From the NCBI GenBank assembly GCA_023145275.1, contig JAGLEB010000091.1, positions 1 through 61,973 on the forward strand: 61,973 bases of DNA, given 5' to 3'. This document shows positions 21,238 through 31,158 of the stretch, one piece after another. Both the position numbers and the translations under genes were made by a program. The notes under the pieces were generated by a model that was given only the letters and a program-made list of their open reading frames with translations, did no database searches and was not told the DNA's origin. The stretch's first letter is position 1; each line of letters opens with the position of its first letter. The stretch comes from Flavobacteriales bacterium (GTDB taxonomy: Bacteria > Bacteroidota > Bacteroidia > Flavobacteriales > JADGDT01).

Positions 21238-22575
21238 ATGAACGTTAAGGAGTTAATGAACGGTCTGGAGGCAAAACATCCAGGTGAGAAAGAATACTTA
21301 CAAGCTGTTCACGAAGTACTAGAATCTATTGAGGACGTCTACAACGAAAACCCTCAATATGAGGCTGCTAAAATCATTGAGCGTCTTGTTGAGCCAGACA
21401 GAATTTTAACCTTTAAGATTTCTTGGGTAGATGATAGTGGCAAGGTAAATGTTAACCTAGGACATAGAGTTCAATTCAACAATGCTATTGGACCATACAA
21501 AGGAGGGCTGCGTTTTCACCCTTCAGTAAATTTATCTATTCTAAAGTTTTTAGGATTTGAGCAAATATTCAAAAATGCACTTACAACTCTACCTATGGGT
21601 GGTGGTAAGGGTGGTTCTGATTTCGACCCTAAAGGAAAGTCCGATGCTGAAATAATGCGTTTTGCACAGGCATTTATGCTTGAGCTTTGGCACATCATAG
21701 GGCCTAATACCGATGTTCCTGCGGGAGATATTGGAGTTGGTGGGCGCGAGATTGGCTTCCTTTACGGAATGTACAAGAAACTTGCTCGCGAGCACACCGG
21801 AGTTCTTACAGGAAAAGGACTTAACTGGGGTGGATCGCTTATTCGTCCAGAGGCTACAGGATTTGGTAACGTGTATTTTGCACAAGAAATGCTTGCTACT
21901 AAAGGCGAAACTTTCAAAGGAAAAGTTGTCGCAATTTCAGGCTTCGGAAATGTTGCTTGGGGTGCTGCTACTAAAGTTACTGAACTTGGCGGAAAGGTTG
22001 TTACTATCTCAGGACCTGATGGATATATTTACGATCCAGAAGGAATGGATGCTGAGAAAATAGAGTATATGTTAGAACTTAGAGCTTCTAACAACGATAT
22101 TGTTGCTCCTTATGCTGAAGAATTCCCAGAAGCTTCCTTCTTTGCAGGTGAGAAGCCTTGGAGTCAGAAAGTTGACATTGCACTTCCTTGTGCTACTCAA
22201 AATGAGCTTAATGGCGATGATGCAAAAAAACTTATCGCTAACGGATGTATCTGTGTAGGTGAAGGAGCTAATATGCCTTCTACAGAAGAGGCAATAGCTG
22301 TATTCCACGAGAACAAAATCTTGTTCTCACCAGGAAAAGCTTCTAACGCTGGTGGTGTTGGTGTTTCAGGTCTTGAAATGACTCAGAACTCAAACAAGCT
22401 TAACTGGACTAAAGAAGAAGTTGATGCTAAATTGCACCAGATAATGAAAGATATTCACGCTGCTTGTATGAAGCACGGTACTCTTGAAGATGGATTTGTT
22501 GACTACGTGAAAGGAGCTAATATTGCTGGGTTCTTGAAGGTTGCCGACTCTATGCTAGATCAAGGAGTTATCTAA
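21238..22575 (+). CDS. gdhA: NADP-specific glutamate dehydrogenase
   Basis: KGGLRFHPSVNLSILKFLGFEQIFKNALTTLPMGGGKGGSDF is the canonical GDH catalytic region. Confidence 0.95.
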   Translation: MNVKELMNGLEAKHPGEKEYLQAVHEVLESIEDVYNENPQYEAAKIIERLVEPDRILTFKISWVDDSGKVNVNLGHRVQFNNAIGPYKGGLRFHPSVNLSILKFLGFEQIFKNALTTLPMGGGKGGSDFDPKGKSDAEIMRFAQAFMLELWHIIGPNTDVPAGDIGVGGREIGFLYGMYKKLAREHTGVLTGKGLNWGGSLIRPEATGFGNVYFAQEMLATKGETFKGKVVAISGFGNVAWGAATKVTELGGKVVTISGPDGYIYDPEGMDAEKIEYMLELRASNNDIVAPYAEEFPEASFFAGEKPWSQKVDIALPCATQNELNGDDAKKLIANGCICVGEGANMPSTEEAIAVFHENKILFSPGKASNAGGVGVSGLEMTQNSNKLNWTKEEVDAKLHQIMKDIHAACMKHGTLEDGFVDYVKGANIAGFLKVADSMLDQGVI

Positions 22576-22631
22576 TACCTTAAATCCGCAAATGCATTTA
22601 AGGAAATATTATTATAATATAATTTATTTTT

Positions 22632-22668
22632 AAAACCACTTTCGATAAATCGAAAGTGGTTTTTTTCT
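22632..22668 (+). terminator. Rho-independent terminator after gdhA
   Basis: Stem CCACTTTCG / CGAAAGTGG (22636-22644 / 22651-22659) followed by TTTTTTTC. Confidence 0.8.
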
Positions 22669-22686
22669 TTAATGGAATTGTTATTT

Positions 22687-22801
22687 GGGCGTGCCCCCCT
22701 TTGTCATCGTCGTACTCGACAAAGGCGGTCAGGCTCTCACCTATATCCCCAATCCCCGATATCTATCGGGGATCGGGGGATGCCGGCTCCATCCTTCACG
22801 C
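22687..22801. other. GC-rich multi-helix intergenic element (REP-like repeat or small structured RNA, identity unknown)
   Basis: 70 of 115 nt are G or C by hand count. Outer helix GCGTG/CACGC (22689-93/22797-801). Hairpin CCTTTGTC/GACAAAGG (22698-705/22718-725). Hairpin ATCCCCGAT/ATCGGGGAT (22752-60/22765-73), extended by TCCCC/GGGGA (22746-50/22776-80). Confidence 0.5.
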
Positions 22802-22922
22802 ATTTGAGTACATGTCATGATTAAGAAAATCATGCATTAAAATTCATTTGGTATTATACAACAAAAATGAAAAAAGTATATTTACAAACTGAAAAAGATA
22901 ATTCACAATTAATAAAAGAAAA

Positions 22923-23936
22923 ATGAAAATCAGATTTTTTATAATTACATTCATAGTTGCACTCTCCAACTTGAATGCTCAAAATGTTTCTACAACTCAA
23001 ACTGATGGGGATACTACTCAATTAGGATTGCCTGGTGATAATTTAGATCTGTATGCTGTACTAAATCTTTTTCAAGAATCAAAAACAATTGAGGACTTTG
23101 AAAAATCATTGAATAATGAAAAAAGTGGAATAAATAACCTTGACCTCAACCTTGATGATAAAGTTGATTTTATTAAGGTAAAAACAGAGCAAGAGGGAAG
23201 TGACTTTGCCTTTGTACTTCAGGTAGACGTTCTCGAGAATGAGACACAAGATATAGCTGTGATTTTAGTATCAAAGAACGATGACGCAAAAGTAACAATG
23301 CAAATAGTAGGAGATGAAAATTTATATGGCGAAAATTATGTTATTGAACCAAGACTTGAAGTCCCTGCAATTACTGCTAATCCAGCTTATTCAGGCCCCG
23401 ACACTGTAGTTGTGGTATCTCAGCCAGCAACTGTTGTTGTAGTTGAATCTGAACCAATAATACAATATGTTTATTCTCCCGTTTACGTACCATATTATCC
23501 TCCATATTATTATGGTTACTATCCTGTATATTTCGTTCCGTATCCAGTGATTTCATTCTCGTTTTATAGCCATCATCATAGACATCACCACCATCATTAT
23601 CACGGAGGTGGTCATAATACTGTAATAATTAAAAACACTAATAATTACAACAACTACAATAAAACTAAAAACACTTCAAATATTGTAAATAACAATAAAA
23701 GCAACGGGAATTATAAAAGTAATAATGCTTCAATTGCTCCATCAAATAATAATAATAACATAAAGAAACACAATTCTAAAAACAATAGTAGCAATATAAA
23801 ACAGAATAATAAATCTGCGCCATCAAATAAGACCAATAATACTAAGTCTGTTAATAAGCCTGCTAATAAGCCAGCCAGCAGACCAGCTAATCGGCCATCA
23901 GGAAACCAAAATATAAGAACTACGAGAAGGAGGTAG
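22923..23936 (+). CDS. Secreted low-complexity protein (Tyr/Pro-rich, His-rich, Asn/Lys-rich tail)
   Basis: Signal peptide MKIRFFIITFIVALSNLNAQ. Also YVPYYPPYYYGYYPVYFVPYP, HHHRHHHHHYHGGGH, and a long N/K/S tail ending in NKPANKPASRPANRPSG. No family recognised. Confidence 0.6.
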   Translation: MKIRFFIITFIVALSNLNAQNVSTTQTDGDTTQLGLPGDNLDLYAVLNLFQESKTIEDFEKSLNNEKSGINNLDLNLDDKVDFIKVKTEQEGSDFAFVLQVDVLENETQDIAVILVSKNDDAKVTMQIVGDENLYGENYVIEPRLEVPAITANPAYSGPDTVVVVSQPATVVVVESEPIIQYVYSPVYVPYYPPYYYGYYPVYFVPYPVISFSFYSHHHRHHHHHYHGGGHNTVIIKNTNNYNNYNKTKNTSNIVNNNKSNGNYKSNNASIAPSNNNNNIKKHNSKNNSSNIKQNNKSAPSNKTNNTKSVNKPANKPASRPANRPSGNQNIRTTRRR

Positions 23937-23956
23937 ACCCAATATGCCAATAAATT

Positions 23957-24005
23957 AAAACAGTCTTCAATCTCATATCAAAACTGAGATTGAAGACTGT
24001 TTTAT
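23957..24005. terminator. Bidirectional terminator between convergent genes
   Basis: 17-bp perfect stem AACAGTCTTCAATCTCA / TGAGATTGAAGACTGTT (23959-75 / 23985-24001), with A-rich and T-rich flanks. Confidence 0.8.
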
Positions 24006-24026
24006 CTATATAGTCAACTGCAATTA

Positions 24027-24284
24027 CTACTCACCTTCTTCTTCGGCTATTTCTTCCTCCCAATCTAGGTACTCATTCCACCAGTCGAGCATTTCTAATT
24101 TAAGCTCATCAATATCAACATCAGAGATATCCTCTGTATCGTATTGCTGAACTACTTCGAAACGATAACCGAGCTTACCCTCGATAACTTCTGCTAATAA
24201 TCTAGGCGATTGAGTATGCAAAATAAATTCTTGCGAAGTATTTTCTCCTACTGGATTTTCTGCTAATAAAAACTTAGAAATCAT
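24027..24284 (-). CDS. Small acidic hypothetical protein
   Basis: 85-aa ORF with an acidic C-terminus (EEEIAEEEGE), placed 21 nt upstream of the pyrophosphatase gene stop. No family recognised. Confidence 0.45.
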   Translation of the reverse strand: MISKFLLAENPVGENTSQEFILHTQSPRLLAEVIEGKLGYRFEVVQQYDTEDISDVDIDELKLEMLDWWNEYLDWEEEIAEEEGE

Positions 24285-24305
24285 ATTTATTTTATTATTT
24301 AAATT

Positions 24306-25913
24306 TTATTCTTGACTCGCCTGCATTAACACAGGTACAATTTGTTTCTTTCTAGATACCACACCTGGCAGCCAAATGGTATTATCCACTAGCTCAAGAT
24401 TGAACGCTGTATTAACAAGACCTGTAGCATTTCCAAAAGCTAATATTTGAGAACCTTTGTTTAAAATATCTGTAATAACAAAAATAAATAGATCGTATTT
24501 ATTTTCATCAATCAACTTATTAATTTCGCTTTCTAATTCTTCTCTATGCTCTAAAACGCCTTCAACATTCACTGTATTAACCTGGGCAAGAGCTGTTTTA
24601 TAATTATTCATTGCAAATTCCTTCATATCCATTATCAATAAATCTTTCGCAGATTTATCGGCTAACGAAGCTCCAGCAATTAACAGTTCCATTCCATATT
24701 TATTAAGGTCAATGCCCGATATATCAGCCAATTTATTTGCCACTATAACATCTCGTTTAGTAGTAGTAGGAGATTTAAACAGTAATGTATCCGAAATAAT
24801 AGCACTTAGCATTATTCCAGCCGTTTGTGAATCAGGAATAAGATCTTCTTCTTCATAGAGTCTATAAATTATTGTAGAAGTACACCCCACACTCTCAGCC
24901 CTAATCATTAACGGTTCTGTTGTATCGAGGTTTCCAAACTTATGATGATCCACTACCTCTAAAATACGTGCAGTTTCAATACCATCAACAGACTGGCTTT
25001 TCTCGTTGTGATCAACCAAAATAACATTTGTGCGAGATACATCCATCAAGTGCTTATTTCTAACTGTAGAATAAACAACTCCTTCTTCATCGACAATCGG
25101 AAAATTTGTTTGATCAGATTCTTTCATCATCAGCTGAATATCATCGATAAAATCAGTTGTTCTAAAATGATAAAATGGAGTAGCACTTAATATAGAATGA
25201 ACAGAAACAGAATTAGAAATTAATTTAAACGTCTTAAATATCCCATCTTTACTCCAATATATTGGTATAGTTATTCCCGATAAATCTTTTTCAATAGGTA
25301 CTCTTGAACAAATTACTAACAAGGAGATATTGAGCTTATTCAAATCTTTATTAATCTTGTTTACATCCGATGTTACAGAAATATCATTATCCTCATCTTG
25401 TCTAATTTCTGACAAAGATCTCAAGTTTCCTTTTACTTTCCCAGTTGGCAAAACTCCATTAATAAGCTCTCCTTCAATTGAATCAACAATGTTTTCGAAG
25501 GTCGTATAGTGCTTATTGAAAATATCGAGAGTGCTCATCTCTAAATAAGCATTAGCAATCTGAGAAACATGCAGTATAGATTCCAGTTTATCATAATAAT
25601 TTACAACGGGTAAACTAGAATATTTCTCATAAGTCAACTTCTCCATAGCTGTTCGCAATGAATCACTATCATAAATCTTAGTAGTATTCCCAGACTTTAT
25701 ATCTCCCATCTTTGGTTTTACAGTAGTTATAAAGTCAGGACTTTCGACATCAAAATAATCTAAAACAAATTGAGTTTCTTTATTTATACTACCAAGTCTA
25801 ACAGCCTTAGTGTTTTTTCCAAGAATATTTTTCAACCTAGAATAGGCAATAGAGGAACATATAGAATCAGTGTCAGGATTTTTATGCCCGAATATTAAAG
25901 TTATATCTCTCAT
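24306..25913 (-). CDS. Family II (DHH) inorganic pyrophosphatase with CBS-domain insert
   Basis: IFGHKNPDTDSICSSIAY, VDHNE and VDHHK DHH motifs. An insert of about 250 aa has a CBS-like pattern, and there is a DHHA2-like C-terminus. Confidence 0.8.
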   Translation of the reverse strand: MRDITLIFGHKNPDTDSICSSIAYSRLKNILGKNTKAVRLGSINKETQFVLDYFDVESPDFITTVKPKMGDIKSGNTTKIYDSDSLRTAMEKLTYEKYSSLPVVNYYDKLESILHVSQIANAYLEMSTLDIFNKHYTTFENIVDSIEGELINGVLPTGKVKGNLRSLSEIRQDEDNDISVTSDVNKINKDLNKLNISLLVICSRVPIEKDLSGITIPIYWSKDGIFKTFKLISNSVSVHSILSATPFYHFRTTDFIDDIQLMMKESDQTNFPIVDEEGVVYSTVRNKHLMDVSRTNVILVDHNEKSQSVDGIETARILEVVDHHKFGNLDTTEPLMIRAESVGCTSTIIYRLYEEEDLIPDSQTAGIMLSAIISDTLLFKSPTTTKRDVIVANKLADISGIDLNKYGMELLIAGASLADKSAKDLLIMDMKEFAMNNYKTALAQVNTVNVEGVLEHREELESEINKLIDENKYDLFIFVITDILNKGSQILAFGNATGLVNTAFNLELVDNTIWLPGVVSRKKQIVPVLMQASQE

Positions 25914-25952
25914 CTAGTAAATGGTTCATTATTTTTATAATCGAATAAAATT

Positions 25953-25994
25953 ACAAAAAAAAGACTCTAATGCACAATTGCAAAAGAGTCTTTT
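25953..25994 (-). terminator. Rho-independent terminator after the ROK kinase gene
   Basis: Stem AAAGACTCT / AGAGTCTTT (25960-68 / 25985-93), followed on the minus strand by TTTTTTTT. Confidence 0.65.
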
Positions 25995-26014
25995 TAATAT
26001 ATCTATTATTTTTT

Positions 26015-26974
26015 CTACGATTTGAACTCTTTCCATGCAAGAGCTGCAGCACCAACAACAGCGGCATTACCTTCATCGAGAGACGAGATTTTAAGTTTTA
26101 CTTTATTCTTAAAGATGTGAAGTAAGTTCTCTTCCATTGATTTTTCAGTAGGCTCAAGAATTAATTCACCTGCATTTGCAAGACCTCCAAAAAGGAAAAT
26201 TGCTTCAGGACTACTACTAGCCACAAAGTCAGCAAGAGCTTCACCAAGAACTTTTCCTGTTTCACGGAAAATCTCTCTAGCAAGATGATCTCCATTTTGT
26301 GCAGCTTCATAAAGCTTAAACGAAGTTAAATCATCATAAGAATATTTAGAAAGAATAGTTTCTTGATTCCTATCAGCAATTACTTCAAATGCGGTTCTCT
26401 TTATCCCTGTTGCAGAAGCGTAAGTTTCAAGACATCCTCTTCTACCACAACCACATAAACGACCGCCTTTCTGCACTATAACGTGTCCTAGCTCTCCAGC
26501 AAAGCCATCATGCCCGTATACTAATTCACCATTAACAACTATACCACTACCTAAACCAGTACCAAGTGTTATGATAATGAAATTTTTCATCCCTTTAGCT
26601 CCACCGAAAAGCATTTCTCCAATTGCAGCAGCATTTGCATCGTTAGTCAATACAGCAGGAACCCCAAATTTTTGCCCCATCAAATGAGCTACCCTAATAA
26701 CACCTTTCCATTTTAAGTTTGGTGCAAACTCAATAGTTCCCTTATAATAATTTCCATTAGGAGCACCAACTCCAATACCAATAATTTCAAACTCTTCATC
26801 AGAACTAGCTTGCGCCTCTGTAACCGTAGCATAAAGAGCATCTAGATACTCCTCAAACGTGTCACCTATAAGAGTTGACATTGATGCTTCTAAAAACACT
26901 TTTCCCGACTCATCAACAAATCCGACTAATGAATTTGTTCCCCCGATATCAATTCCTATTGCTACTTTCTTCAT
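26015..26974 (-). CDS. ROK family glucokinase
   Basis: IGIDIGGTNS ATP-binding start, GELGH, and the CGCGRRGCLE zinc motif. Confidence 0.85.
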   Translation of the reverse strand: MKKVAIGIDIGGTNSLVGFVDESGKVFLEASMSTLIGDTFEEYLDALYATVTEAQASSDEEFEIIGIGVGAPNGNYYKGTIEFAPNLKWKGVIRVAHLMGQKFGVPAVLTNDANAAAIGEMLFGGAKGMKNFIIITLGTGLGSGIVVNGELVYGHDGFAGELGHVIVQKGGRLCGCGRRGCLETYASATGIKRTAFEVIADRNQETILSKYSYDDLTSFKLYEAAQNGDHLAREIFRETGKVLGEALADFVASSSPEAIFLFGGLANAGELILEPTEKSMEENLLHIFKNKVKLKISSLDEGNAAVVGAAALAWKEFKS

Positions 26975-27085
26975 AATTATTTTACTTCCTTTAGCTATGA
27001 ATCATAACATCAATTGACTCTTCAAGCGAGCCAAACGATATTGCAATTCTGATTAAGTGTATAATCTACATTTATTTGTAGATTT

Positions 27086-27093
27086 CAAAATTA
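27086..27093 (-). promoter_or_regulatory. -7 box TAATTTTG (minus strand) upstream of the ROK kinase gene
   Basis: Plus-strand CAAAATTA is the reverse complement of an exact TAnnTTTG match, about 112 nt upstream of the start at 26974. Confidence 0.3.
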
Positions 27094-27307
27094 GTGAATG
27101 CTTTTAGCTCAGCAAAATAATTAAACTATAAATATCATGAATAAAGTCATATAAATAATGGTTTTAAATACCACAAGACATTACTATTTATCACGCTTTA
27201 TCTATAATACCTCAACGATTCATAGCATAAAACAACATAAAAATACATGTTAGCACATAACATTTATAAAAAACTATCATAATGAATATTTCCTCATCAA
27301 ATAATTG

Positions 27308-27315
27308 TACTTTTG
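27308..27315 (+). promoter_or_regulatory. -7 box TACTTTTG upstream of aspS
   Basis: Exact TAnnTTTG match about 89 nt upstream of the aspS ATG. Confidence 0.4.
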
Positions 27316-27403
27316 CACGCTGAAATAGCAGGTCGCAACTCAACTTATTCGAGCATAGCACCTTAGCTGTTTTTAAGAATTTGATACTTAAAGAGTAAAA
27401 GAT

Positions 27404-29152
27404 ATGTATAGATCGCATAATTGTGGAGAATTAACAATCTCAAATGTAGGAGAAGAAGTATTATTGAGTGGATGGGTTCAGAAATCAAGAGACCTAGGAG
27501 CAATGGTTTTTGTTGATCTACGAGATAGATACGGAATAACGCAATTAACTTTTTCAGACGAAAGAGATACCGAACTTATGGCATCTGCACAAAAACTTGG
27601 TAGAGAGTTTGTTATTCAAGTTGAAGGAAAAGTGATTGAAAGAACATCGAAGAACAAGAAAATTGCTACTGGAGAGATCGAGATAGAAGTTTCTTTACTT
27701 AAAATATTAAATAAATCTGACCTACCTCCTTTTACAATTGAGGATAACACCGATGGTGGGGAAGATATAAGAATGAAATATCGTTACCTTGATATTAGAA
27801 GAAATCCAATTCGCAACAACTTAGTATTACGTAGTAAAGTTTCTATGGAAGTTAGAAACTATCTATCTAACATAGAATTTCTTGAAGTAGAAACACCATA
27901 TTTAATAAAATCTACTCCAGAAGGAGCACGTGATTTTATCGTACCATCGCGTATGAATGGTGGCGAATTTTACGCTTTACCACAATCTCCACAAACATTC
28001 AAGCAACTTTTAATGGTTGGTGGAGTAGATAAATATTTTCAAATAGTAAAATGCTTCAGAGATGAAGATTTAAGAGCCGATCGCCAACCTGAATTTACTC
28101 AAATTGACTGTGAGATGTCTTTTGTAGAACAGGATGATATATTAGAGGTATTTGAAGGGCTTACTCGTCATTTATTGAAAAAGATAAATAATGTTGAAGT
28201 TGGAGAATTCCCTAGAATGGATTACGCTGAGGCGATGAAATTATACGGCTCAGACAAACCAGATATTCGTTTCGACATGAAATTCGCAGAATTAAATGAC
28301 GTTGCGAAGAATAAAGGCTTTAAGGTATTTGATTCTCAAGAATTAGTTGTTGGTATTTCTGTACCAAACTGCGCTAGCTACACAAGAAAACAATTAGACA
28401 AACTAATAGAATGGGTTAAGCGTCCACAAATTGGTGCAACAGGTTTAATTTGGGCAAAACACAACGAAGATGGAACATTCAAATCATCAGTTGATAAATT
28501 TTTCAATCAAGAAGCACTAGCTCAATGGTCAGAAAAGCTAAACTCTAAAACTGGCGATTTAATGCTAGTAATGGCTGGAGATATTGACAAAACGAGAAAA
28601 GCTCTTGGTGAGCTAAGACTATATATGGCAGAAACCTTAGGATTGAGAGATCCTAAAAAGTTCGCACCTTTATGGGTTGTTGACTTTCCTTTGTTAGAGT
28701 GGGATGAGGATTCTGAAAGATATCATGCAATGCACCACCCGTTTACATCACCAAAAATGGAAGATATGCACCTACTAAGTACCGAGCCCGGGAAAGTAAG
28801 AGCAAATGCCTATGACCTGGTAATGAATGGTAACGAGATTGGTGGGGGATCAATAAGGATTCACGATAAAAGCACTCAAGAGATGATGTTCTCTCATCTT
28901 GGATTTACTGAAGAAGAAGCAAAAAATCAATTTGGATTCCTTATGGATGCTTTCCAGTTTGGAGCACCACCACACGGAGGGATTGCATTTGGGCTAGATA
29001 GACTAGTTGCAATTATGGGTGGTCAGGAAATAATTAGAGACTTCATAGCTTTCCCTAAAAACAATTCAGGAAGAGACGTTATGATCGATTCTCCTGCTAC
29101 AGTTTCAGAAGAGCAGCTTATAGATCTTAAATTGAAACTCGATTTAAAATAA
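27404..29152 (+). CDS. aspS: Aspartate--tRNA ligase
   Basis: Class IIb motifs: [41 protein letters not shown]. Confidence 0.97.
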   Translation: MYRSHNCGELTISNVGEEVLLSGWVQKSRDLGAMVFVDLRDRYGITQLTFSDERDTELMASAQKLGREFVIQVEGKVIERTSKNKKIATGEIEIEVSLLKILNKSDLPPFTIEDNTDGGEDIRMKYRYLDIRRNPIRNNLVLRSKVSMEVRNYLSNIEFLEVETPYLIKSTPEGARDFIVPSRMNGGEFYALPQSPQTFKQLLMVGGVDKYFQIVKCFRDEDLRADRQPEFTQIDCEMSFVEQDDILEVFEGLTRHLLKKINNVEVGEFPRMDYAEAMKLYGSDKPDIRFDMKFAELNDVAKNKGFKVFDSQELVVGISVPNCASYTRKQLDKLIEWVKRPQIGATGLIWAKHNEDGTFKSSVDKFFNQEALAQWSEKLNSKTGDLMLVMAGDIDKTRKALGELRLYMAETLGLRDPKKFAPLWVVDFPLLEWDEDSERYHAMHHPFTSPKMEDMHLLSTEPGKVRANAYDLVMNGNEIGGGSIRIHDKSTQEMMFSHLGFTEEEAKNQFGFLMDAFQFGAPPHGGIAFGLDRLVAIMGGQEIIRDFIAFPKNNSGRDVMIDSPATVSEEQLIDLKLKLDLK

Positions 29153-29174
29153 AGCATTATACATAAACAATATT

Positions 29175-29228
29175 GGCTGTATCAGGAGCGAACTTATATT
29201 ATACTCTCCCTGATACAGCCTTTATTTA
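29175..29228 (+). terminator. Terminator-like hairpin after aspS
   Basis: 12-bp perfect stem GGCTGTATCAGG / CCTGATACAGCC (29175-86 / 29209-20) followed by TTTATTTAT. The loop is long (22 nt). Confidence 0.6.
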
Positions 29229-29283
29229 TCTAGATTACACAAGTATAACATGAAGAATGCAACAACAGTATTGTTAACAAACC

Positions 29284-31068
29284 ATGAGTAAACCAACTAC
29301 AAGATTTGGGCGATTTCTAGTTTGGAGACTTAAACATATCAGGAATCAAGAATTCATATATATTCTCAGCATACTAATTGGACTTTCTACTGGTATAGTT
29401 GCTGTTCTATTAAAAAACATCACTCACTTTATCCAGTCTGCTATTCACCATGAGTCAATAATAGAGCATACTCAATTTTTTTATTTTATTATTCCCTTAG
29501 TTGGATTAATTCTAACTTATCTATCTATAAAATATATAATCCGTACTGATGTTAGCCATGGTATTCCCTCTACTCTATTTGCAATTTCAAAAAAAGATGG
29601 AGTGATAAAAAAAGTCCAAACTTGGGGTTCTGTTTTAACATCATCTTTAACAGTTGGTTTTGGTGGATCAGTTGGACTAGAAGGACCAACAGTTGCAACA
29701 GGAGCTGCTATAGGATCAAACATAGCTAGAGCTTTTCACCTAAGCTCTAAAACGCGAATGATATTATTGAGCGCCGCGGCTGCAGGTGCAATGTCTGCAA
29801 TTTTCAAAGTACCTATTGCGTCAATAATTTTCGTAGTAGAAGTTTTTAGCTTAGACTTAACTCTTACATCGCTAATTCCTTTATTACTAGCTTCTGTATC
29901 AGCAGTATTAACTTCATATTTTCTTATTGGAGATGCTTACATTCTAGAGTTTACATTTAAAGATAAATTTCTCTTAGCCGATACTCCTTGGGTAATATTA
30001 CTTGGTGTACTAGGAGGTGTATTATCTATATATTTCACTGAGGTATACCGACGAATTGGAAATTATTTTGATGGAATTAAAAGCCAATGGAGTAGAGTTA
30101 TTATAGCAGGTATATTTCTTGGAGTATTAATCTTCATTATACCACCACTTTATGGTGAGGGTTTCGAAGTAATAAACAGTTTACTTGCCGGAGAGGTGCC
30201 AAATAACCTTTATCAAAGTAGACTAGAAAGTTTCTTACCTGTAGATTGGGCAATTATCACATTGTTATTCGGGTTGATGATATTTAAGATTGTTGCTGCA
30301 GCCTTAACTTTTGGAGGAAAAGGTGTAGGAGGAATTTTTGTGCCAGTACTATTTATGGGAAGCATACTAGGGAACATAATGGCTCGAATTATTAATTTAT
30401 CACCGATAGGGGTTCATGTTTCTGAAACAAACTTCACATTATTAGGCATGTCAGGTATTGTAGCAGGAGTTCTTCACGCTCCATTAACGGCTGTATTCCT
30501 TATTGCTGAACTTACAGGCGGCTATAAACTATTCACCCCACTGATTATTGTTTCTGCAATTTCATACGCTATTACTAAAATATTTGTTCCACACTCGGTT
30601 TATCACCACGAGCTTGCTAAGAAAGGTCAATTAATTACTCACGACAAGGACAGGGCTGTGTTAACTCTTATGCAATTAGGAAGAGTAATAGAGACAAATT
30701 TCACTAGCATTCATCCAGAAATGAGTCTTGGAGAACTTGTACAGAAAGTGATAAGACATTCAAAACGAAATATGTTTCCTGTGCTAAATTCTAAATCAGA
30801 ATTGGTAGGAGTATTAAATATTGATGATATTAGGTCAATCATGTTCGACCAAAACCTGTACGAAACTACCTTTGTAAGAACATACATGAAAATGCCAGAG
30901 GAGATTATTATCTTCGAAGATGATGACATGAATAGAGTTATGAAGAAGTTTAGAGATAGCGGAATGTGGAATATTCCAGTGATAGAGAACAACCAATACA
31001 AAGGTTTTGTCTCTAGATCGAAACTTCTAACTGTTTACAGAAGGAAGTTAATTGAATTTGCCAGTTAA
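29284..31068 (+). CDS. ClC family voltage-gated chloride channel/antiporter with C-terminal CBS pair (paralog 1)
   Basis: GSVGLEGPT, GGIFVP, and ELTGGY motifs with two C-terminal CBS-like repeats. Confidence 0.9.
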   Translation: MSKPTTRFGRFLVWRLKHIRNQEFIYILSILIGLSTGIVAVLLKNITHFIQSAIHHESIIEHTQFFYFIIPLVGLILTYLSIKYIIRTDVSHGIPSTLFAISKKDGVIKKVQTWGSVLTSSLTVGFGGSVGLEGPTVATGAAIGSNIARAFHLSSKTRMILLSAAAAGAMSAIFKVPIASIIFVVEVFSLDLTLTSLIPLLLASVSAVLTSYFLIGDAYILEFTFKDKFLLADTPWVILLGVLGGVLSIYFTEVYRRIGNYFDGIKSQWSRVIIAGIFLGVLIFIIPPLYGEGFEVINSLLAGEVPNNLYQSRLESFLPVDWAIITLLFGLMIFKIVAAALTFGGKGVGGIFVPVLFMGSILGNIMARIINLSPIGVHVSETNFTLLGMSGIVAGVLHAPLTAVFLIAELTGGYKLFTPLIIVSAISYAITKIFVPHSVYHHELAKKGQLITHDKDRAVLTLMQLGRVIETNFTSIHPEMSLGELVQKVIRHSKRNMFPVLNSKSELVGVLNIDDIRSIMFDQNLYETTFVRTYMKMPEEIIIFEDDDMNRVMKKFRDSGMWNIPVIENNQYKGFVSRSKLLTVYRRKLIEFAS

Positions 31069-31158
31069 TTAATTTTGTTGAGTGTTTTTATATTCATAAT
31101 ATTACATAATATTCTTATGTAACATTTTAAACGTTCAAATAGAAAACATTAGCAATAA

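Noticed and set aside
23711-23950. 79-aa antisense ORF with LAGLLAGLLAGLL repeats
   Set aside because: It is a mirror image of the NKPA/low-complexity repeat on the coding strand, with no independent signals. It is a shadow ORF.
27212-27418. 68-aa minus-strand ORF spanning the aspS start and promoter region
   Set aside because: It overlaps the aspS ATG and its TACTTTTG box, has an AT-rich junk-like sequence, and shows no family resemblance.
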